Below, piece by piece: positions 19,279-29,249 of a stretch of 64,000 bases of DNA (position 1 is its first letter; each line of letters opens with the position of its first letter). This DNA is from Poseidonia sp. (GTDB taxonomy: Archaea > Thermoplasmatota > Poseidoniia > Poseidoniales > Poseidoniaceae), in contig JAYOHN010000003.1 of assembly GCA_038118245.1 (NCBI GenBank), positions 923 to 64,922 of the forward strand, written 5' to 3'. The notes below the pieces were generated by a model. It saw only the letters and a program-made list of their open reading frames with translations. It did not search any database and was not told where the DNA came from. Position numbers and translations under genes: made by a program.

Positions 19279-19464
19279 ATGCACATGGAGCGCAAGCAAG
19301 AACAAGAGATGCAAGACAGGGTGAAGGACCTTCAACACCAAGTCGACGAACTGAAAGAACTCGTGAACACCCTCCTCAGCGTGATCGTTGAGGAGCCTGA
19401 TGGTGTTCACACCGGCGCTGCGCCCACCATCCCGGGTCAAAGCACGATGCAAGTTTGCATGTGA
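19279..19464 (+). CDS. small coiled-coil protein (61 aa), hypothetical
   Basis: MERKQEQEMQDRVKDLQHQVDELKELVNTLLSVIV has a heptad-like pattern. The ORF ends exactly at the rtcB stop (convergent). Coding status is unproven. Confidence 0.3.
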   Translation: MHMERKQEQEMQDRVKDLQHQVDELKELVNTLLSVIVEEPDGVHTGAAPTIPGQSTMQVCM

Positions 19465-20940
19465 TCAGCCCTTGATGACGGCGACCGGTGTGATTCGAAC
19501 TACGGGTCGGGCAAGGCCTGCTTGGTGCGTGAGTCGGATGACATCATCCACATTTTTGTAGGCCGCTGGGGCCTCCTCTGAGAGCACGTTTGGTGTCGAT
19601 GCGTGGACGCGAATGCCTTGAGCTTCCAACTCTCGCTTCAACCGCTTTCCGTCAAGGGTTTTCTTGGCTTGCGCCCTCGATAAGGCCCTCCCTGCTCCGT
19701 GACATGAAGAACCAAACGCCTGATTCATGCCTTGCAGCGGCCCGGCCATCACCCACGAGCCGTTGCCCATGTCACCGGGGACAATCACCGGTTGTCCTGT
19801 GTTCTCGAATGCCTTTGCAACTTCTGCATGGTCGCCGGAAAATGCTCGTGTCGCACCTTTGCGGTGAACACAACAGGTGCACCCTTTCCCGTTGACCACG
19901 TGATGCTCAATCTTTGCGATGTTATGGGCAACGTCGTACAGGGTTCGTGCTTCGCCATCAATGCCGAGTTCCAAACGCAAAACAGTGCGCAATCGCTCTG
20001 CAAGAACCGCTCTGTTGGCGAACGCAAAATTCGCTGCGGCGTTCATGGCGTCCAGGTATGCTTGGCCTTCAGTTGAGTGAACAGGCGCCGAGGCAAGTTG
20101 TCGGTCGGGCAAAGAATACCCCCACTTTTCGTTCTCCCACTGGCCGTTCTTCTGTCGGTATGTGCTTTCCAATGCCCGAACATGGTCCGTGCACACCTGA
20201 TGCCCTAAACCTCGACTTCCTGAGTGAATCATCGCCACGAGTTGGTCTTCGTAAAGGCCCCAAGCTTTGGCGGTCGCTGCATCAACCACCTCGCCTACGG
20301 CTTGGATTTCAAGAAAGTGATTCCCGCTCCCAAGGGTCCCAAGAGCCCTGAGGCCACGCTCCCGCGCCCTTTGGGATACGTCTGCTTCGGTCGTTTCAAG
20401 GCAACCGTTTGATTCCAGCATGTTCATGTCCTCGGCGTGACCGTATCCAAGATCAAAAGCAGCAGATGCCCCCCTCTGAAGGATCTCGTTCAAATTTTGG
20501 CTCGTGAGGTCCACGCCCCCTTTTCCTGAGCCACCCGCCGGAATGCGTCCCGCAAGGCGACCGGCCAGTTTTTTCAAATTGGGAACATCCTTCAAGGTCG
20601 CGTCCAAGGCAAGAAATCGTACGCCGCAGTTGATGTCAAAACCCACGCCCCCAGGGGACACCGCACCGCCCAGTTCGCCGTGATTCACATCGGTCGCAAC
20701 CACGCCTCCGATTGGAAAACCGTAGCCGTAATGCCAGTCAGCCATCGCCCAAGCATCGCCAACAATCCCCGGGAGGCTGGCGGTGTTCACCAACTGCTCC
20801 GGCCCCCTGTCGTCGGCATGCAGCTGCATATGGGCCTGATCGGTGACCAATCGTGCATCTGTTTTCATCGACCCGTGGGCACGAATCCGCACGGTTCCGT
20901 CGTCCTCTGGTACGAGGTGCTGGCGCCAGGACGCATCCAT
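19465..20940 (-). CDS. rtcB: RNA-splicing ligase RtcB
   Basis: RtcB blocks are present: GYGFPIGGV, FDINCGVR, GSGNHFLEIQ, HSGSRGLGHQV, CHGAGR. Confidence 0.95.
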   Translation of the reverse strand: MDASWRQHLVPEDDGTVRIRAHGSMKTDARLVTDQAHMQLHADDRGPEQLVNTASLPGIVGDAWAMADWHYGYGFPIGGVVATDVNHGELGGAVSPGGVGFDINCGVRFLALDATLKDVPNLKKLAGRLAGRIPAGGSGKGGVDLTSQNLNEILQRGASAAFDLGYGHAEDMNMLESNGCLETTEADVSQRARERGLRALGTLGSGNHFLEIQAVGEVVDAATAKAWGLYEDQLVAMIHSGSRGLGHQVCTDHVRALESTYRQKNGQWENEKWGYSLPDRQLASAPVHSTEGQAYLDAMNAAANFAFANRAVLAERLRTVLRLELGIDGEARTLYDVAHNIAKIEHHVVNGKGCTCCVHRKGATRAFSGDHAEVAKAFENTGQPVIVPGDMGNGSWVMAGPLQGMNQAFGSSCHGAGRALSRAQAKKTLDGKRLKRELEAQGIRVHASTPNVLSEEAPAAYKNVDDVIRLTHQAGLARPVVRITPVAVIKG

Positions 20941-21064
20941 GGTCCGTCCTCATGTTGCGTGCCTTTGAGTCTTTTTACATCGGGCAAACGGACCTTTCAC
21001 ATCATAGTCTTGAAAGGGGGTCTCGCTTTGGAGAGGACAACCACCTTGGTAGGATGTTTGGTTC

Positions 21065-23911
21065 ATGTCGCTCCCGCCCATTGATTTGGCCGTCTTTCAT
21101 GAACACGGTTTTGTCCGCAAACAATGCCGAGTCACAGACCTTTGGTTTTGGACCGCAGACCAAACCCGCACCACCTGCGGCGACACCCCGGAGGACGAAT
21201 ACACCTTCATCGGCAAACCGCTCATCGAAGGATTTGAACAACGAGGCAAGGCTCTAAAAGACGCCATGCGGGAAGCTTTTCTCTGCTTTTTTGAGGAACG
21301 GGACCACACGAGGATTGAACCCTATCCGGTTCTGGCTCGGTGGCGTGACGACATTCACCTCACCATCGCCTCCATCGCTGATTTTCAACCCCATGTCACC
21401 TCGGGCGAAGTTCAGCCACCAGCCAACCCGCTTGCCGTCTCCCAACCGTGCATTCGGTTGACGGACGTGGATGCTGTGGGCCGTTCCGGTCGCCACCTCA
21501 CCACGTTTGAAATGATGGCGCATCACGTCTTCAATCGTCCGGATGAAGGTGTGGAAATCTACTGGATGGAAGCCTGCGTTGAGCACTGCCACCGGATGCT
21601 GACCGAAACGTTCGGCATCGATGCTTCAGAGATCACCTATGTAGAAAATCCGTGGTGTGGCGGTGGGAACGCCGGCGCAGCCGTTGAGGTCATTGTCGGT
21701 GGTTTGGAATTAGCCACCCTTGTTTTCATGGACATGGAAGAACATCCCGAAGGGGAGGTTGAGTTGAAGGGTGACCGTTACCGAACCATGCCTCTTCAAA
21801 TCATTGACACCGGTTACGGGCTCGAACGGTTTTGTTGGGCTGCGGCGGGAACACCAACCATCTACGAAGCGATCTACCCCGAAACCGTTGCATGGCTCAA
21901 AGACCTCTCCGGATTCACCAAAATTGCGACGCAATGGCCTGACTTGGATCTGGAACGGCTGTTGGGTGAAATGAGTCGGTTGAACGGCATCATGAACATT
22001 GAAGCCGGCGTTGACGGTGATAAGTTAGTGGCCATCTTCCTCCAGCGCTTGAAGGAACGAGGCGTTGATGTTTCGTCCGAGCAATTCACCGCCATCACCG
22101 AGCCGCTGGCGAACGTGTACGCCATTCCCGACCATCTTCATGCGCTCTGCAACATGCTTGGAGACGGTCTTGTCCCGTCCAACGCCAAAGCAGGGTACCT
22201 CGCCAGAATGCTGGCTCGCAGGGTGCTTCGCATGCGAGATGAACTCCAACTGGGCGTATCGCTGAGCGACCTTGCCGAGCATCATCTCGACGTGAACTTG
22301 GGTGGGAAACTCAACAAACAGCACCGTGATGGGCTTTTGGAAATTCTTGCTTTGGAGGAAGAGCGTTACGCAGAGATGCTTCGTAAGGGCGACCAAGTCA
22401 TTCGTACCCAACTCAAAGGTTTGGACAAAAATGCTGATGCGGTCCCCGATGAGCACTTGTTCACGCTCAACGACTCTCACGGATTGGCCCCGGATATGGC
22501 GGTCGCCTTGGCGAGAAAAGCCGGTTGGGCCAACGTTTCCTTGCGGACCGGCTTTACCGCTGAGATGGCCGAACGACATGCCCGCCTCGCTAAGGCGGCT
22601 GCGAAAGACCAAGCCGCTGCTGAATCAACATTCGACCTGCAGTCCCTCCCACCAACACAACTCATCTACTACGACGATGTCTACAAAAGCGAGACATCAA
22701 GCAAGGTGTTGGCTTGTTTTGAAGCCGCTGATGAGGGGCCGAAGGAGGCATCATGGGCGGTGGTTCTCGACCGGACGCTCTTCTACCCCGAAGGTGGGGG
22801 GCAGGAAGGCGATCGTGGGCAACTTGTGGGTGCAGCAGCAGTCGTTCATGTGCTTGACACCCAAAAACAAGGAGACGTTGTCTTGCATTTCACCTCCGCA
22901 GCGCTTGAGGTTGGTGCCGAAGTGAACGGTATCCTTGATTGGCGTCGTCGTAAGCAGTTGATGGACCATCACACAGCCGTTCACATCGTCGGAGGTGCGG
23001 CTCGTCGTTTGCTCGGGCCCCATATCTTCCAAGCAGGTTCTCATCTTTCAGAGGAGAGCGGGCGTTTGGACATCACCCATTTCCATCGGTTAAATCGCTC
23101 GGATTTGGACGCTATGGAGGACATGGCGAACGAGGTTCTCGCAACGGTGTCGGCGACGGAAAAAACCGAGCTAAACCGAAAAGAGGCCGACATGGTTCAT
23201 GGATTTGACCTCTATCAAGGGGGTGCTCCGAAAGGGGATTCAATACGTATTTTGAAAATTGCAGAGCACGATACGCAAGCCTGTGGGGGGACGCATCACG
23301 ATGAGCCCGGACAAATCGGTTCCATTCGGGTCGTCCGTTCGACGGCGGTCCAAGACGGCGTTGAACGGCTTCACATCGTCGCCGGGGAGGCAGCCCTCGC
23401 TTATGCCCGTGCACAAGACGCCTTGGTCCGCACATCGGCCGAGGTCTTCGGTGTGCATCCCGACGACCTTCCACGTGCCGCTCGCCGATTCTTCAACGAA
23501 TGGAAAGAGCAACGAAAGACCATCGAGCATCTTGAATCCGAAATCGTTCGGCTGCGCACCTCCGGTGGAGGCGATGCAAGCACCGTCGTTGACGGTGTGC
23601 GTACGGTGGTGATGGCCGTCGACGGGGACCTCAAAACCATGACGACCATGCTCAAGGAACTCACACTGGAGAAGGAGACCCCCACGGTGGCCGTCCTGGG
23701 TTCGCCTGACGGCGGTGGCAAACTTATGATCGGCATCACCGAAGGCACCGTTGCTGCCGAGCGTTACAACGCCGTTGACCTCCTTCGAAGCATTTCGCAT
23801 CACATCAAAGGAGGCGGCGGTGGCCGTCCAACCTTTGCCCAAGGTGGGGGTTCGGACGCGAGTGGCTTGAAGGATGCACTGGACGCAGCCAGATCGCTTC
23901 TTGGCCAGTGA
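21065..23911 (+). CDS. alaS: alanine--tRNA ligase, archaeal type
   Basis: 948 aa. The N-terminus has FVRKQC...FWT...TCGDTPEDEYTFIG, the archaeal AlaRS zinc-like motif. The editing-domain histidines HTAVHIV and CGGTHH are present. The C-terminal DHHA1-like region has GGGGGRPTFAQGGG. Confidence 0.95.
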   Translation: MSLPPIDLAVFHEHGFVRKQCRVTDLWFWTADQTRTTCGDTPEDEYTFIGKPLIEGFEQRGKALKDAMREAFLCFFEERDHTRIEPYPVLARWRDDIHLTIASIADFQPHVTSGEVQPPANPLAVSQPCIRLTDVDAVGRSGRHLTTFEMMAHHVFNRPDEGVEIYWMEACVEHCHRMLTETFGIDASEITYVENPWCGGGNAGAAVEVIVGGLELATLVFMDMEEHPEGEVELKGDRYRTMPLQIIDTGYGLERFCWAAAGTPTIYEAIYPETVAWLKDLSGFTKIATQWPDLDLERLLGEMSRLNGIMNIEAGVDGDKLVAIFLQRLKERGVDVSSEQFTAITEPLANVYAIPDHLHALCNMLGDGLVPSNAKAGYLARMLARRVLRMRDELQLGVSLSDLAEHHLDVNLGGKLNKQHRDGLLEILALEEERYAEMLRKGDQVIRTQLKGLDKNADAVPDEHLFTLNDSHGLAPDMAVALARKAGWANVSLRTGFTAEMAERHARLAKAAAKDQAAAESTFDLQSLPPTQLIYYDDVYKSETSSKVLACFEAADEGPKEASWAVVLDRTLFYPEGGGQEGDRGQLVGAAAVVHVLDTQKQGDVVLHFTSAALEVGAEVNGILDWRRRKQLMDHHTAVHIVGGAARRLLGPHIFQAGSHLSEESGRLDITHFHRLNRSDLDAMEDMANEVLATVSATEKTELNRKEADMVHGFDLYQGGAPKGDSIRILKIAEHDTQACGGTHHDEPGQIGSIRVVRSTAVQDGVERLHIVAGEAALAYARAQDALVRTSAEVFGVHPDDLPRAARRFFNEWKEQRKTIEHLESEIVRLRTSGGGDASTVVDGVRTVVMAVDGDLKTMTTMLKELTLEKETPTVAVLGSPDGGGKLMIGITEGTVAAERYNAVDLLRSISHHIKGGGGGRPTFAQGGGSDASGLKDALDAARSLLGQ

Positions 23912-23915
23912 ATGC

Positions 23916-24635
23916 TTAAGCCAAGGTTTTCAGAGCCTCTCGGTCGAAATGGGACACCGCAATGGCGCACGCTTCCTCTGGGGTGAACCAGGCGGCTGCT
24001 GAAATTTCTTCTGCCTGCAGCGTTAACTCGTCCACCTCCCCGTTCCATTTCGCTCTATAGGTCAAGGAGACAAACGAGACGCCTTCGTCGTTGAAAATGC
24101 GTTGAGTAATGACGGGGGGGCTGTCGTCCAATGCAATGGTCAATCCCAACTCTTCTTGTGTTTCCCTAACACATCCACTCGCTGGGTCTTCGTTGTGGTC
24201 CATGTAACCTCCCGGAAGCGTCCAAAATCCCCGAAAATGGCCCCGCTCCACACGCCCCATCAACACGCTGCCGTGGTCGTTTTGAATCATGACTTTGGCG
24301 ACCATGCGATGAATCGAGCGGTAGATGGCTTCCCGCGCCACAGGATGAACGGCGTTGTCTGCAATGCAAGCGTCTTTCCATGCCCAATTTTCTGGCCAGG
24401 CGATGTTCGGGTAAGCCTTCGTCACGGTCACGGCGGTGCTGCCGAATTCAATGCGGAAGTGGTCCTTTTCGGTGATGGCGATTCCCATTTCGGCGACCTC
24501 CTCATGGTTTGGAAAGCGCAATCCATGCTCATTGTCCAACCTCCCCTGCATCGGGTTTTGCGGCCCTTTTCCGTGGCCATCGACCAACAAGACCTTCCCG
24601 TCGTGCTCCAAATAAATGACATGGGTGGGATGCAC
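23916..24635 (-). CDS. NUDIX hydrolase with an N-terminal Nudix-like extension
   Basis: Nudix box GGYMDHNEDPASGCVRETQEELGL. The start was trimmed to GTG 24635 (MHPTHVIYLEHDGKVLLV), with GAGGAG upstream. The longer track ORF (to 24956) runs 278 nt into rmuC on the same strand. Confidence 0.75.
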   Translation of the reverse strand: MHPTHVIYLEHDGKVLLVDGHGKGPQNPMQGRLDNEHGLRFPNHEEVAEMGIAITEKDHFRIEFGSTAVTVTKAYPNIAWPENWAWKDACIADNAVHPVAREAIYRSIHRMVAKVMIQNDHGSVLMGRVERGHFRGFWTLPGGYMDHNEDPASGCVRETQEELGLTIALDDSPPVITQRIFNDEGVSFVSLTYRAKWNGEVDELTLQAEEISAAAWFTPEEACAIAVSHFDREALKTLA

Positions 24636-24678
24636 GCTTTGGCCACGCTCCTCAACAACAAGAAACCTCGCACTGCGC

Positions 24679-25935
24679 CTAGGACGTGATGTTGTGCTGG
24701 ACCTCGCTCGGTTCCGGGAGGGCGTTTTGCAAGGTATCGGCGACTTTGAGCTCATCCAATCGCCTTCCCTGCGGAAGCACACGGGACCGGTACGACCGTA
24801 GCGTATCGTTGTACGACGCAGCAGCCTTCTCCAGGTGCCCACCGACTTTACTGAAATGCTCCACCATCGTCGCCATTCGTTTGTAGAGTTCACGAGAAAC
24901 ATCGTAGATTTCCCGTGCCCCCTCAGCCAAGGCATGTTGTTGCCAGTACAAGGCAACGGTTCGCAACAAACCGAGCATCGTGACGGGTGTGGTGACCAAC
25001 ACGGCTTTGCTCATGGCGTATTCCATGAGGTCAGGGTCGACGTTGAAAGCGGCGGCCGCCATCGCCTCGCTGGGAACAAACATCACCACATGGTCAAAAT
25101 TTCCTTCAATGGACTCCTGGTAGGCTTTTGAACTGAGTTCAGCGATTCGGCCTCGCATACTCTTCGCATGGCGAATCAGCAATTCATCCTGGGCGGGACC
25201 CGGCTCGGCCTCAACCGCTTCGAGGTATTTTTCGCCGACCGCTTTTGAGTCGATGGGGATGACAGCCTCCTCCGGCAAAACAACGACAAAATCAGGTCGC
25301 AACCCGTTTTCAAGCGTCACCTGTTCCTTGAAGTTCACATGTTCGCTCAACCCGGCCATTTCAAACAAGCGTCGCAATTTCACCTCGCCCCAGTTGCCCC
25401 GTGCTTGACCGGAGGTGGTCAATGCCGTGGAGAGCGCAACGGTTCTGCTGGAGAGCGATTCGGTTTTTTCCCCCAATTCTTTGATGTTGCGGCGTAAACC
25501 TTCGTAGGCCCCCACCCGTTCTTTTTCCATCTCAGTGTTGTGGTTTTGAAGACGGACAAGTTCTTCTTTCAAGGGTTTGAGCAGATGTTCGACCTCTTGT
25601 TTTCGTGTTTCGAGTTCGTGACTAGCCTGTTGCTGGTTTCTTAGCCATCGTTCCTCGGCCATCTTGAAGAAATGCTCCGTGTTTTCAGCGCTCAAACGTT
25701 TCGAGAGCGCTTCAATTTCAGCCCTCATCCGTTGTTCATTGGCCTCCGATGTTGTTTCGCTTGCCCGCACCCGTTCCTCAGCACGGATGAGGTCGCCCGA
25801 TGTGGCTTGCCGACCAAGAACCCAGCCCAAGAAGCAACCAATCGCCAACCCAACGAGCAATAATCCGTACTCCGTCAAAACCGTCATGCCACCGAAATGT
25901 TGCCGACAGTATTTGATGAAATCGGGACGCATCAA
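24679..25935 (-). CDS. rmuC: DNA recombination protein RmuC
   Basis: N-terminal TM segment, a long coiled coil, then a PD-(D/E)xK-like core (RPDFVVVLPEEAVIPIDSKA) and FVPSEA. This is the RmuC family architecture. Confidence 0.85.
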   Translation of the reverse strand: MMRPDFIKYCRQHFGGMTVLTEYGLLLVGLAIGCFLGWVLGRQATSGDLIRAEERVRASETTSEANEQRMRAEIEALSKRLSAENTEHFFKMAEERWLRNQQQASHELETRKQEVEHLLKPLKEELVRLQNHNTEMEKERVGAYEGLRRNIKELGEKTESLSSRTVALSTALTTSGQARGNWGEVKLRRLFEMAGLSEHVNFKEQVTLENGLRPDFVVVLPEEAVIPIDSKAVGEKYLEAVEAEPGPAQDELLIRHAKSMRGRIAELSSKAYQESIEGNFDHVVMFVPSEAMAAAAFNVDPDLMEYAMSKAVLVTTPVTMLGLLRTVALYWQQHALAEGAREIYDVSRELYKRMATMVEHFSKVGGHLEKAAASYNDTLRSYRSRVLPQGRRLDELKVADTLQNALPEPSEVQHNITS

Positions 25936-25966
25936 AGTTCAAAACAGTTGTTTGGGTGGGTTATTC

Positions 25967-26677
25967 ATGCGGTTCCAACAGATCAATGACGGTGTTTGGG
26001 CGATGACGTACCTCGTCGTGGACGAGGCGACGAACGAAGCTGCTCTTGTCGATCCCGTTTACGACTTTATGGAAGGGTATCTGGAGCGATTGCAAGACGA
26101 GGGATTGACGCTTCGGTATGCCATCGCCACTCACACCCATGCCGACCACATCACGGCCTGCTTCTCATTGCGAGAACGGACCGGTTGTGATTACGTCATG
26201 TTCCACAACACCGCAAGCCTTGGGGTCTCGATTTACGTTGAGGACGGTCAGACGCTCTCCATGGGTTCCGTTCCGTTCACGTTCCATGCAGCACCAGGTC
26301 ACACCAACGACTCCATGATCGTGCACGTCCCGGGATACATGATGACCGGAGATTTCCTGTTCAACGGCGAGGGTGGTGTTGGTCGAGACGACCTGCCCAG
26401 CGGCCGAACGCGTGAACATTGGGAGGCGTTGCGTGTCCTCGAGCGTTTTGAAGGCCACACCATCGTTTGTTCTGGCCACGACCCACCCGGCACTGAAATG
26501 CGTTCGCTTGATTGGAATCGGGACAACAACCCCGTTTTGTCCATGTCGAGTTTCAACGAATTTGACGCCTGGCAGAAGGCAACCTCGGAGAGACTCGGCG
26601 GCGTTTCAAAAATCAAAACGGCGATACCCGCCAACCTTTTTGGTGAACTTCCGGAAACGATTCCTTGGCTCGACTAA
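25967..26677 (+). CDS. MBL-fold metallo-hydrolase (glyoxalase II / persulfide dioxygenase-like)
   Basis: Metal motif THTHADH, then HAAPGHTNDS and SGHD. The start was trimmed to ATG 25967 (MRFQQINDGVW) because the track extension is antisense to rmuC. Confidence 0.8.
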   Translation: MRFQQINDGVWAMTYLVVDEATNEAALVDPVYDFMEGYLERLQDEGLTLRYAIATHTHADHITACFSLRERTGCDYVMFHNTASLGVSIYVEDGQTLSMGSVPFTFHAAPGHTNDSMIVHVPGYMMTGDFLFNGEGGVGRDDLPSGRTREHWEALRVLERFEGHTIVCSGHDPPGTEMRSLDWNRDNNPVLSMSSFNEFDAWQKATSERLGGVSKIKTAIPANLFGELPETIPWLD

Positions 26678-27831
26678 TCCTTGCGTAACGGGTTGCTCGG
26701 TGCGGTGGTGCCGGTGGATGCGGCGGGCAGGCTCTGCAAATCCTCAAACGTCAATTGCTGAGGTCGCTCGGCCTCGAACACGGTGAGGCGCTCCTCCATG
26801 CCCATTCGAACGTTGAAATCAATGCGACCTTTGGTTCGCGTCAGGTCGTAGGAAAGGGGGTTTAACCGCTCAATGACCTGCGTTTCAAAGGCTTGCTTGA
26901 CCCGCTCACCTCGCCACGAAGCGTACCCCCAACGGTAGGAGATGCCCACGACGGCAGCGCCGTACAGAAGCGTCAACACCACCGTGGAGAACAGGATGGG
27001 ATTCCCGCCTACATCTCGCGCTTCTTCCAACAAATTTCGTCCGAGCAGGAACAACAAACCCAAGCCTACAATGGGATTGAGTACGCCCTCAAGCCACTGG
27101 TTTACGGGGACGAGACGCCCCTTCGCAGGGTCAACAAACACGAGGTCAGCTTCGAAGGCCGTGTTCAGCACGGAAAGAATGGACAACAACACCATGTAGA
27201 GAAGGGCCGAAACGACCACCTCCACCGTCCAGGAATCCAAGTTGAGCACCCAATGAACGATGAGCCAAGCAAACAAACCAAGGAATGCGGCTTGCGGTAC
27301 GTAATTAAAATGCTCAATGTGTTGTGAGAACTCCGTCAGTGAGCGTTTGCTCGTTCGGCTCCCACGATGGGGCTTTGGGATGTGGATGACCTGCCAGTGC
27401 ATGACGCGTTCGGTTGCTTGGAGGATTCTGATGAGCAGGTTTTGGCGAATCAACACGAACTCCATGAGGAGCATGAATGGAAAGCCGATCAAAATTAACG
27501 GAAGTGCCATGATCGCAGATAGCGGCAAGATCAACAACGCCGGCAGAAGCAAAAAGTGTGAAAGGGTCAAGGGATGAAGCAACTCGGCTTCGATGAGGCG
27601 TTGTTTTGCCGGTGGGATGCGTAAGTTCCGGGCAATGTCGTCAAGATTTTGTGAGAAGGCTGTCACTTGATGTCCCGAGTCGACGATTTGGCGAACAATG
27701 GTTCGGTATTCTGAAACTTCGTGGCCTACGCCAACCCAAAACTGCCAGGCCAGTCGCATGGGCAAGGCGAGGAGGAGGGGCAAGGCCAGGATACCTGCGC
27801 CCCAGAGAAGACCTTGAACATCGGTCGCCAT
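26674..27831 (-). CDS. polytopic membrane protein, hypothetical
   Basis: 385-aa ORF with about 8 hydrophobic segments. Its 3' end overlaps the MBL gene stop by 4 nt. I recognise no motif. Confidence 0.55.
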   Translation of the reverse strand: MATDVQGLLWGAGILALPLLLALPMRLAWQFWVGVGHEVSEYRTIVRQIVDSGHQVTAFSQNLDDIARNLRIPPAKQRLIEAELLHPLTLSHFLLLPALLILPLSAIMALPLILIGFPFMLLMEFVLIRQNLLIRILQATERVMHWQVIHIPKPHRGSRTSKRSLTEFSQHIEHFNYVPQAAFLGLFAWLIVHWVLNLDSWTVEVVVSALLYMVLLSILSVLNTAFEADLVFVDPAKGRLVPVNQWLEGVLNPIVGLGLLFLLGRNLLEEARDVGGNPILFSTVVLTLLYGAAVVGISYRWGYASWRGERVKQAFETQVIERLNPLSYDLTRTKGRIDFNVRMGMEERLTVFEAERPQQLTFEDLQSLPAASTGTTAPSNPLRKD

Positions 27832-27931
27832 GCTGCTTCCCGGTTACCCCACGGCTTGGGGGTTGTTCAAGACAACGGTGAGAAAAGGGCCGCATCCCAA
27901 TGTTCTAACACCCTCGGTAAAAACACGGCGC

Positions 27932-28915
27932 ATGGCTCGAATCGCCGTGACCGATGGGATGGACAACAAAGCCGTAGAATTGCTGGAAAGTGGAGGCCAT
28001 GACGTCGTTTTGCAACATTACACTCCTGAGGAATTGCTCGGGGGCGTCCTGGCATCATTTGACGCCATCATCGTTCGCAGCGCGACCAAGCTGACCGCTG
28101 AGGTCCTCCGTGCCTCCGAGGGGGGTCTGAAGGTTATCGGACGGGCAGGTGTCGGGGTTGACAACATCGACCTCCAAGCTGCAGGAAACTTCGGCATGGT
28201 CGTCGTGAATGCACCTCGTGCCAGCACCCAGTCGGTGGTTGAACTCACCCTCGGGCACCTCTTGGCCTGCATCCGTCACCTTCCGCGAGCAGACCGTTCG
28301 CTTCGTGCGGGCAAGTGGGAGAAGTCGAAGATGAAAGGCTCGGAGCTCTCTGGAAAAGCGCTCGGTCTCGTCGGATTTGGTCGCATTGCCCAAGCGGTTG
28401 GACAGGTCGCTCAGGCCTTTGGCATGGTCGTCCATGCCTACGATCCTTACCTCCCTCCCAAAATCGCCAAAGCACAAAACACACGCCTTCACAAAACGGT
28501 GGACGCTCTTTTTTCCAACTGCACTCACATTTCCGTTCACTGCAACCTCACCGACGAGACTCACCACCTCGTGAATGCAGAGCGCCTCGCCTCCATGCCT
28601 CAAACCGGCCTCGACGGTACCCGATGCGGCAACCACATCATCAATTGCGCTCGAGGCGGCATTGTCGATGAAACCGCCGTCGTTGATGCCCTTGCTTCCG
28701 GGACCCTCACCTCGGCAGCGCTCGACGTTTTCGAGGTGGAACCCGTTGACCCGAACCACCCTCTGCTCCAGTTGGAATCATTCCACGGGACGCCTCACAT
28801 CGGAGCCTCCACCCTCGAGGCGCAGGCTCGCGTCGGTGCTGACATCGCAGCCAACGTGATGGCGGTGCTTTCGGATGAACCCTGCGACTTCGTGGTGAAT
28901 CGTGAACATCTGTAG
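27932..28915 (+). CDS. D-isomer-specific 2-hydroxyacid dehydrogenase (3-phosphoglycerate dehydrogenase-like, no ACT domain)
   Basis: GRAGVGVDNIDL, the NAD fold GLVGFGRIAQAVG, NCARGGIVDE and TPHIGAST. The start was trimmed to ATG 27932 (MARIAVTDG). Confidence 0.8.
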   Translation: MARIAVTDGMDNKAVELLESGGHDVVLQHYTPEELLGGVLASFDAIIVRSATKLTAEVLRASEGGLKVIGRAGVGVDNIDLQAAGNFGMVVVNAPRASTQSVVELTLGHLLACIRHLPRADRSLRAGKWEKSKMKGSELSGKALGLVGFGRIAQAVGQVAQAFGMVVHAYDPYLPPKIAKAQNTRLHKTVDALFSNCTHISVHCNLTDETHHLVNAERLASMPQTGLDGTRCGNHIINCARGGIVDETAVVDALASGTLTSAALDVFEVEPVDPNHPLLQLESFHGTPHIGASTLEAQARVGADIAANVMAVLSDEPCDFVVNREHL

Positions 28916-28979
28916 CACTTTCACTTTCAATCTTAGGGTCTAACAAAACCAACTGGGCCCTCTTTCCGGTCAACGCGTC

Positions 28980-29249
28980 ATGGGACGAAGCGTGCCACCA
29001 TGGCGAACGCGTGTTGAACGTGAGATGGAGCGATGGCAGGCCTATCGGCGGGCGCTTTCAACCCCCGAACAAGCGGCATTGGACGCCCTGTTCGATGAAG
29101 TGCGCCAGCGGCGTGCTGCCGGGGGAATGCTGCCTTCGCTTGAGACATGGCACCCGATGGTGCTGAGCATGGCCGTGGGTTTGATGGTGCGAATCGGTCA
29201 GTTGGACCACCGGCTTTCCGCTCTTGAGGCGAGGCGAGTGGATGATTGA
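28980..29249 (+). CDS. small helical protein (89 aa) translationally coupled to polB, function unknown
   Basis: The ATG ORF has its stop inside ATGATTGA, which also holds the polB ATG (8-nt overlap). The protein is Arg/Ala-rich and predicted helical, with a short hydrophobic stretch (MVLSMAVGLMV). I recognise no family. Confidence 0.5.
   Translation: MGRSVPPWRTRVEREMERWQAYRRALSTPEQAALDALFDEVRQRRAAGGMLPSLETWHPMVLSMAVGLMVRIGQLDHRLSALEARRVDD

Noticed and set aside
24636-24956. 5' extension of the Nudix ORF (track start 24956)
   Set aside because: It overlaps the last 278 nt of rmuC on the same strand in another frame, and the extension is Arg/Ser-rich junk. A GTG at 24635 with an upstream GAGGAG gives a sensible N-terminus.
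25664-25966. 5' extension of the MBL hydrolase ORF, with similar extensions at 27830-27931, 49658-49753, 62114-62278 and 62640-62675
   Set aside because: The extensions run antisense to, or overlap, neighbouring genes and lack protein-like sequence. Internal ATGs give canonical family N-termini.
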